Source: Eledone cirrhosa
Taxonomy: Eukaryota
Direction of reading: 5' to 3'
DNA length: 64,000 nt
Assembly: GCA_964016885.1 (NCBI GenBank)
Contig: OZ024741.1
Location: 7,440,001 to 7,504,000 of the forward strand
The notes beneath the pieces are model-generated. The model did no database searches. It saw only the letters and a program-made list of their open reading frames with translations, and had not been told where the DNA came from. Shown in pieces: positions 56,601 to 64,000 of this stretch. Position 1 is the first letter of the stretch. Each line of letters starts with the position of its first letter. The position numbers and the translations under genes are program-made.

Positions 56601-59600
56601 TGCTTCCCACCCGACTCCATTTAAGGATGGTCGGGGACACTGCTTCCTATCCGACTGCATTTTAGTATGGTCGGGGACACTGCTTCCCACCCGACTCCAT
56701 TTAAGGATGGTCGGGGACACTGCTTCTCACCCGACTCCTTTTAAGGATTGTCGGGGACACTGCTTCCCACCCGACACCATTTAAGATTGGTTGGGGATAT
56801 TGCTTCCCACCCGACTCCATTCAAGGATGGTCCGGGACATTGCTTCCCACCCGACTCCTTTTAAGGATTGTCGGGTACACTGCTTCCCACCCGACTCCAT
56901 TTAAGGGTGTTCGGCGAGTCTGCATTCCACCCGACTCCATTTAAGGATGGTCGGGGACACTGCTTCCCACCCGACTCCATTTAAGGATGGTCGGGGACAT
57001 TGCTTCCCACCGACTCCATTTAAGGATGGTCGAGGACATCGCTTCCCTTCCGACTCCATTTAAGGATGGTCGGGGACATTGCTTCCCACTCGACTCCATT
57101 TGACGATGGTTGGGGACATTGCTTCCCACCCGACTCCATTTAAGTATGGTCGGGGACACTGCTTCCCATCCGACTCCATTTAAGGATGGTCGGGGACACT
57201 GCTTCCCACCCGACTCCATTTAAGGATGGTCGGGTCATTGCTTCCCTCCCAACTCCATTTAATGATGCTCAGGGACATTGCTTCCTACCCGACTCCATTT
57301 AAGGATGGTCGGGGACATTGCTTCCCACCCGACTCCATTTAAGGATGGTCGGGGACACTGCTTCCCACCCGACTCCATTTAAGGATGGTCGGGGACACTG
57401 CTTCCCACCCGACTCCATTTAAGGATGGTCGGGGACACTGCTTCCCACCCGACTCCATTTAAGGATGGTCGGGGACACTGCTTCCTATCCGACTGCATTT
57501 TAGTATGGTCGGGGACACTGCTTCCCACCCGACTCCATTTAAGGATGGTCGGGGACACTGCTTCTCACCCGACTCCTTTTAAGGATTGTCGGGGACACTG
57601 CTTCCCACCCGACACCATTTAAGATTGGTTGGGGATATTGCTTCCCACCCGACTCCATTCAAGGATGGTCCGGGACATTGCTTCCCACCCGACTCCTTTT
57701 AAGGATTGTCGGGTACACTGCTTCCCACCCGACTCCATTTAAGGGTGTTCGGCGAGTCTGCATTCCACCCGACTCCATTTAAGGATGGTCGGGGACACTG
57801 CTTCCCACCCGACTCCATTTAAGGATGGTCGGGGACATTGCTTCCCACCGACTCCATTTAAGGATGGTCGAGGACATCGCTTCCCTTCCGACTCCATTTA
57901 AGGATGGTCGGGGACATTGCTTCCCACTCGACTCCATTTGACGATGGTTGGGGACATTGCTTCCCACCCGACTCCATTTAAGTATGGTCGGGGACACTGC
58001 TTCCCATCCGACTCCATTTAAGGATGGTCGGGGACACTGCTTCCCACCCGACTCCATTTAAGGATGGTCGGGTCATTGCTTCCCTCCCAACTCCATTTAA
58101 TGATGCTCAGGGACATTGCTTCCTACCCGACTCCATTTAAGGATGGTCGGGGACATTGCTTCCCACCCGACTCCATTTAAGGATGGTCGGGGACACTGCT
58201 TCCCACCCGACTCCATTTAAGGATGGTCGGGGACACTGCTTCCCACCCGACTCCATTTAAGGATGGTCGGGGACATTGCTTCCCACCGACTCCATTTAAG
58301 GATGGTCGGGGACACTGCTTCCCACCCGACTCCATTTAAGGATGGTCGGGGACATTGCTTCCTGCCCGACTCCATTTAAGGATGGTCGGGGACATTGCTT
58401 CCCACCGACTCCATTTAAGGATGGTCGGAGACATTGCTTTCCACCCGACTCCATTTAAGGATGGTCGGGGACATTGCTTCCTACCCGACTCCATTTAAGG
58501 ATGGTCGGGGACACTGCTTCCCACCCGACTACATTTAAGCATGGTCGGGGACATTGCTTCCCACCCGACTACATTTAAGGATGGTCGGGGACATTGCTTC
58601 TCACCCGACTCCATTTAAGGATGGTCGTGGACACCGCTTCTCACCCGACTCCATTTAAGGATGGTTGGGGATATTGCTTCCAACCCGACTCCATTTAAGG
58701 ATGGTCGGGGACATTGCTTCCCACCGACTCCATTTAAGGATGGTCGGGGACATTGCTTCCCACCCGACTCCATTTAATGAAAGTCGGGGTCTCTGCTTTT
58801 CACCCGACTCCATTTAAGTATTGTCGGGGACACTGCTTCCCATCCGACTCCATTTAAGGATGGTCTGGGACACTGCTGCACACCCGACCCCATTTAAGGA
58901 TAGCTGGGGACACTGCTGCACACCCGACTCCATTTAAGGATGTTCGGGGACATTGCTTCCCACCGGACTCCATTTAAGAATGGTCGGGGACATTGTTTCC
59001 CACCCGACTCCATATAAGGATGGTCGGTGACACTGCTTCCCACCCGACTCCATTTAAGGATGGTCGGGTACGTTGCTTCCCACCCGACTCCATTTATGGA
59101 TGGTCGGGGACATTGCTTCTCACCCGACTCCATTTAAGGATGGTCGGGTACATTGATTCCCACCCGACTCCATTTAAGTATGGTCGAGGACACTGCTTCA
59201 CACCCGACTCCATTTAAGGATGGTCGGGGACACTGCTTCCCACCCGACCCCATTTAAGAATGGTCGTGGACACTGCTTACCAGCCGACTACATTTAAGAA
59301 TGGTCGGGGACACTGCTTCCCACCCGACTACATTTAAGAATGGTCGGGGACACTGCTTCCTACCCGACTCCATTTAAGGATGGTCGGGGACATTTCTCCC
59401 CACCCGACTCCATTTAAGGATGGTCGGGGCCACTGCTTCCCAACGATTCTATTTAAGGATGGTCGTGGACATTGCTTCCCACCCGACTCCATTTTAGAAT
59501 GGTCGGGGACATTGCTTCCCACCCGACTCCATTTGAGGATGGTCAGGGACACTGCTTCCCACTTGACACCATTTAAGGATGGTTGGGGACACTGTTTCCC

Positions 59601-61071
59601 ACCCGACTCCATTTAAGGATGGTCGAGGACATCGCTTCCATCCCGACTCCATTTAAGGATCGTCGGGGACACTGCTTCCCACCCGACTCCATTTAAGGAT
59701 GGTCGGGGACACTGCTTCCCACCCGACTCCATTTAAGGATGGTCGGGGACACTGGTTATCACCCGACTCCATTTAAGGATGGTCTGGGACACTGCTGCAC
59801 ACCCGACTCCATTTAAGTATGGTCGGGGACACTGCTTCCCACCCGACTCCATTTAAGGATGGTCGGGGACACTGGTTATCACCCGACTCCATTTAAGGAT
59901 CGTCGGGGACACTGCTTCCCACCCGACACCATTTAAGGATGGTCGGGGACTCTGCTTCCCAGCCGACTCCATTTAAGGATGGTCGGGGACATTGCTTCCC
60001 TTCCGACTCCATTTAAGGATGGTCGAGGACATCGCTTCCCTTCCGACTCCATTTAAGGATGGTCGGGGACATTGCTTCCCACTCGACTCCATTTGACGAT
60101 GGTCGGGGACATTGCTTCCCACCCGACTCCATTTAAGGATGGGCGGGGACACTGCTTCCCACCCGACTCCATTTAAGGATGGTCGTGGACACTGCTTCCC
60201 ACCCGACTCCATTTAAGTATGGTCGGGGACACTGCTTCCCAGCCGACTCCATTTAAGGATGGTCGAGGACATCGCTTCCCTTCCGACTCCATTTAAGGAT
60301 GGTCGAGGACATCGCTTCCCTTCCGACTCCATTTGACGATGGTTGGGGACATTGCTTCCCATCCGACTACATTTAAGGATGGTCGGGGACTCTGCTTCCC
60401 ACCCGACTCCATTTAAGGATGGTCGGGGACATTGCTTCCCTCCCGACTCCATTTAATGATGCTCAGGGACATTGCTTCCCACCCGACTACATTTAAGGAT
60501 GGTCGGGGACTCTGCTTTCCTCCCGACTCCATTTAAGGATGGTCGGGGACATTGCTTCCCACCCGACTACATTTAAGGATGGTCGGGGACTCTGCTTTCC
60601 TCCCGACTCCATTTAAGGATGGTCGGGGACATTGCTTCCCACCCGACTCCATTTAAGGATGGTCGGGGACATTGCTTCCCACCCGACTACATTTAAGGAT
60701 GGTCGGGGACTCTGCTTTCCTCCCGACTCCATTTAAGGATGGTCGGGGACATTGCTTCCCACCCGACTACATTTAAGGATGGTCGGGGACTCTGCTTTCC
60801 TCCCGACTCCATTTAAGGATGGTCGGGGACATTGCTTCCCACCCGACTACATTTAAGGATGGTCGGGGACTCTGCTTTCCTCCCGACTCCATTTAAGGAT
60901 GGTCGGGGACATTGCTTCCCACACGACTCCATTTAAGTATGGTCGGGGACACTGCTTCCCACCCGACTCCATTTAAGGATGGTCGGGGACACTGCTTCCC
61001 ACCCGACTCCATTTAAGGAAGGTCTGGGACACTGCTTCCCACCCGACTCCATTTAAGGATGGTCGGGGACA
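50605..61071. repeat. Tandem duplication of a 5231-bp (131-monomer) unit, junction at 55836-55840
   Basis: Matching ORFs at 51049/56280, 51710/56941, 52548/57779, 53663/58894, 54103/59334 and 54982/60213, all offset 5231. I noticed one difference (52442 A vs 57673 G). Confidence 0.93.
51360..53035. repeat. Nested tandem duplication of an 838-bp (21-monomer) unit, also present in the second 5231-bp copy (about 56590-58265)
   Basis: gcttcctatc at 51411/52249. ORF pairs 51356/52194, 51710/52548, 56587/57425 and 56941/57779, all offset 838. Confidence 0.9.
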
Positions 61072-64000
61072 CTGCTTCCCACCCGACTGCATTTTAGTAT
61101 GGTCGGGGACACTGCTTCCCACCCGACTCCATTTAAGGATGGTCGGGGACACTGCTTCCCACCCGACTGCATTTTAGTATGGTCGGGGACACTGCTTCCC
61201 ACCCGACTCCATTTAAGGATGGTCGGGGACACTGCTTCTCACGCGACTCCTTTTAAGGATTGTCGGGGACACTGCTTCCCACCCGACTCCTTTTAAGGAT
61301 GGTCTGGGACACTGCTTCCCACCCGACTCCATTTAAGGATGGTCGGGGACACTGCTTTCCACCCGACTGCATTTTAGTATGGTCGGGGACACTGCTTCCC
61401 ACCCGACTCCATTTAAGGATGGTCGGGGACACTGCTTCTCACCCGACTCCTTTTAAGGATTGTCGGGGACACTGCTTCCCACCCGACACCATTTAAGATT
61501 GGTTGGGGATATTGCTTCCCACCCGACTCCATTCAAGGATGGTCCGGGACATTTCTTCCCACCCGACTCCTTTTAAGGATTGTCGGGTACACTGCTTCCC
61601 ACCCGACTCCATTTAAGGGTGTTCGGCGATCTGCATTCCACCCGACTCCATTTAAGGATGGTCGGGGACACTGCTTCCCACCCGACTCCATTTAAGGATG
61701 GTCGGGGACATTGCTTCCCACCGACTCCATTTAAGGATGGTCGAGGACATCGCTTCCCTTCCGACTCCATTTAAGGATGGTCGGGGACATTGCTTCCCAC
61801 TCGACTCCATTTGACGATGGTTGGGGACATTGCTTCCCACCCGACTCCATTTAAGTATGGTCGGAGACACTGCTTCCCATCCGACTCCATTTAAGGATGG
61901 TCGGGGACACTGCTTCCCACCCGACTCCATTTAAGGATGGTCGGGTCATTGCTTCCCTCCCAACTCCATTTAATGATGCTCAGGGACATTGCTTCCTACC
62001 CGACTCCATTTAAGGATGGTCGGGGACATTGCTTCCCACCCGACTCCATTTAAGGATGGTCGGGGACACTGCTTCCCACCCGACTCCATTTAAGGATGGT
62101 CGGGGACACTGCTTCCCACCCGACTCCATTTAAGGATGGTCGGGGACATTGCTTCCCACCGACTCCATTTAAGGATGGTCGGGGACACTGCTTCCCACCC
62201 GACTCCATTTAAGGATGGTCGGGGACATTGCTTCCTGCCCGACTCCATTTAAGGATGGTCGGGGACATTGCTTCCCACCGACTCCATTTAAGGATGGTCG
62301 GAGACATTGCTTTCCACCCGACTCCATTTAAGGATGGTCGGGGACATTGCTTCCCACCCGACTCCATTTAAGGATGGTCGGGGACATTGCTTCCTACCCG
62401 ACTCCATTTAAGGATGGTCGGGGACATTGCTTCCCACCCGACTCCATTTAAGGATGGTCTGGGACATTGCTTCCCACCCGACTCCATTTAAGGATGGTCG
62501 GGGACATTGCTTCCCACCCGACTCCATTTAAGGATGGTCGGGGACATTGCTTCCCACCCGACTCCATTTAAGGATGGTCGGGGACATTGCTTCCCACCCG
62601 ACTCCATTTAAGGATGGTCGGGGACATTGCTTCCCACCCGACTACATTTAAGGATGGTCGGGGACTCTGCTTTCCTCCCGACTCCATTTAAGGATGGTCG
62701 GGGACATTGCTTCCCACCCGACTCCATTTAAGGATGGTCGGGGACATTGCTTCCCACCCGACTACATTTAAGGATGGTCGAGGACTCTGCTTTCCTCCCG
62801 ACTCCATTTAAGGATGGTCGGGGACATTGCTTCCCAACCGACTTCATTTAAGGATGGTCGGGGACATTGCTTCCCACCCGACTCCATTTAAGGATGGTCG
62901 GGGACATTGCTTCCCACCCGACTGCATTTTAGTATGGTCGGGGACACTGCTTCCCACCCGACTCCATTTAAGGATGGTCGGGGACACTGCTTCCCACCCG
63001 ACTCCATTTAAGGATGGTCTGGGACACTGCTTCCCACCCGACTCCATTTAAGGATGGTCGGGGACACTGCTTTCCACCCGACTGCATTTTAGTATGGTCG
63101 GGGACACTGCTTCCCACCCGACTCCATTTAAGGATGGTCGGGGACACTGCTTCCCACCCGACTGCATTTAATATGGTCGGGGACACTGCTTCCCACCCGA
63201 CTCCATTTAAGGATGGTCGGGGACACTGCTTCCCACCCGACTCCATTTAAGGATGGTCTGGGACACTGCTTCCCACCCGACTCCATTTAAGGATGGTCGG
63301 GGTCACTGCTTTCCACCCGACTGCATTTTAGTATGGTCGGGGACACTGCTTCCCACCCGACTCCATTTAAGGATGGTCGGGGACACTGCTTCCCACCCGA
63401 CTGCATTTTAGTATGGTCGGGGACACTGCTTCCCACCCGACTCCATTTAAGGATGGTCGGGGACACTGCTTCTCACCCGACTCCTTTTAAGGATTGTCGG
63501 GGACACTGCTTCCCACCCGACTCCTTTTAAGGATGGTCTGGGACACTGCTTCCCACCCGACTCCATTTAAGGATGGTCGGGGACACTGCTTTCCACCCGA
63601 CTGCATTTTAGTATGGTCGGGGACACTGCTTCCCACCCGACTCCATTTAAGGATGGTCGGGGACACTGCTTCCCACCCGACTGCATTTTAGTATGGTCGG
63701 GGACACTGCTTCCCACCCGACTCCATTTAAGGATGGTCGGGGACACTGCTTCTCACCCGACTCCTTTTAAGGATTGTCGGGGACACTGCTTCCCACCCGA
63801 CACCATTTAAGTTTGGTTGGGGATATTGCTTCCCACCCGACTCCATTCAAGGATGGTCCGGGACATTGCTTCCCACCCGACTTCTTTTAAGGATTGTCGG
63901 GTACACTGCTTCCCACCCGACTCCATTTAAGGGTGTTCGGCGAGTCTGCATTCCACCAGACTCCATTTAAGGATGGTCGGGGACACTGCTTCCCACCCGA
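58460..64000. repeat. Long-range copy of about 41850-46680 (offset 16610 bp), continuing as a copy of about 48100-48826 (offset 15174 bp), i.e. with only one 1436-bp unit
   Basis: ORF pairs 42284/58894, 44489/61099, 44963/61573 and 46217/62827 (offset 16610); 48159/63333 and 48439/63613 (offset 15174 = 16610-1436). The 39-bp ggcgatctgc variant is shared only by positions near 45017 and 61627. Confidence 0.9.

Larger units (their letters stand above)
1..64000. repeat. Tandem satellite array of 40-bp monomers (consensus CTCCATTTAAGGATGGTCGGGGACA[C/T]TGCTTCCCACCCGA), about 1,602 head-to-tail copies, extending beyond both window edges
   Basis: Seen directly: the monomer recurs every 40 bp from base 1 to base 64000, usually with a few substitutions per copy. 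Manual phase tracking gives a net loss of 80 bp to small indels, so (64000+80)/40 = 1602 units. No reversed monomers or non-satellite insertions were seen. The consensus carries MseI (TTAA), HinfI (GACTC) and FokI (GGATG) sites. Confidence 0.99.

Noticed and set aside
167-63810. All 60-118-aa ORFs in the supplied track (MVGDTASHPTPFKDGRGHCFPPDSI-type and MESGGKQCPRPSLNGVGWEA-type)
   Set aside because: Because 40 is not divisible by 3, each frame cycles through three monomers and meets the TAA of the palindromic TTAA every 120 bp on both strands. Longer ORFs appear only where a TAA is mutated or an indel shifts the frame. They overlap on both strands and have no gene context.
1-64000. CRISPR array (palindromic repeat of similar length)
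   Set aside because: There are no unique spacers. The variable part is only a point-mutated version of one consensus, and no leader or cas genes are present.
1-64000. Satellite-encoded hammerhead ribozyme, as known from newt, schistosome and cave-cricket satellites
   Set aside because: The conserved CUGANGA and GAAA core motifs are absent from both strands of the consensus.
1-64000. CENP-B box
   Set aside because: The NTTCGNNNNANNCGGGN pattern is not present on either strand of the consensus. Only the CGGG part occurs.
1-64000. Canonical G-quadruplex array
   Set aside because: The minus strand has only two G3 tracts per monomer (GGGTGGG), about 33 nt from the next pair, and the plus strand has one G4 run. 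This does not meet the short-loop G3 pattern, and hairpins would compete.
1-64000. tRNA/SINE-derived Pol III promoter, or similarity to the minisatellite/Chi-like core (GGAGTCGGGTGGGAAG on the minus strand)
   Set aside because: There is no proper A/B box (GTTCRANNC is absent from the consensus), and the resemblance to GGAGGTGGGCAGGARG is too loose to be meaningful.
1-64000. Tandem MITE or piggyBac-like element flanked by TTAA
   Set aside because: The TTAA-to-TTAA unit is only 36 bp with weak terminal symmetry, and there is no transposase or dispersed copy in the window to support it.
1-64000. Variant monomers as a deliberate information code or synthetic construct
   Set aside because: The variant patterns are explained by point mutation plus nested duplication of irregular sizes. 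I saw no designed regularity.

Overview
The whole 64 kb window is one uninterrupted, single-orientation tandem array of a 40-bp monomer, consensus CTCCATTTAAGGATGGTCGGGGACA(C/T)TGCTTCCCACCCGA (about 57% GC). Tracking the phase by hand gives about 1,602 copies. I see no unique sequence, gene, RNA gene, transposon, inversion or CRISPR spacer, and every listed ORF is a translation artefact of the repeat. The size and organisation fit a eukaryotic satellite (possibly centromeric or pericentromeric), but I cannot name the family or the organism. Two things stand out. (1) The monomer is a 6+14+6+14 design: inverted hexamers CCCGAC/GTCGGG sit exactly 20 bp apart, giving two competing hairpin registers and a CpG every 20 bp. 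(2) Point variants record a nested history of duplications (offsets about 0.84, 1.08, 1.44, 1.68, 1.96, 2.0, 3.15, 5.23, 7.9 and 16.6 kb), local dimeric higher-order repeats and a change of variant repertoire near 34 kb. The sequence does not support a new protein-coding system. Block boundaries were read by eye and are approximate to about one monomer unless stated.
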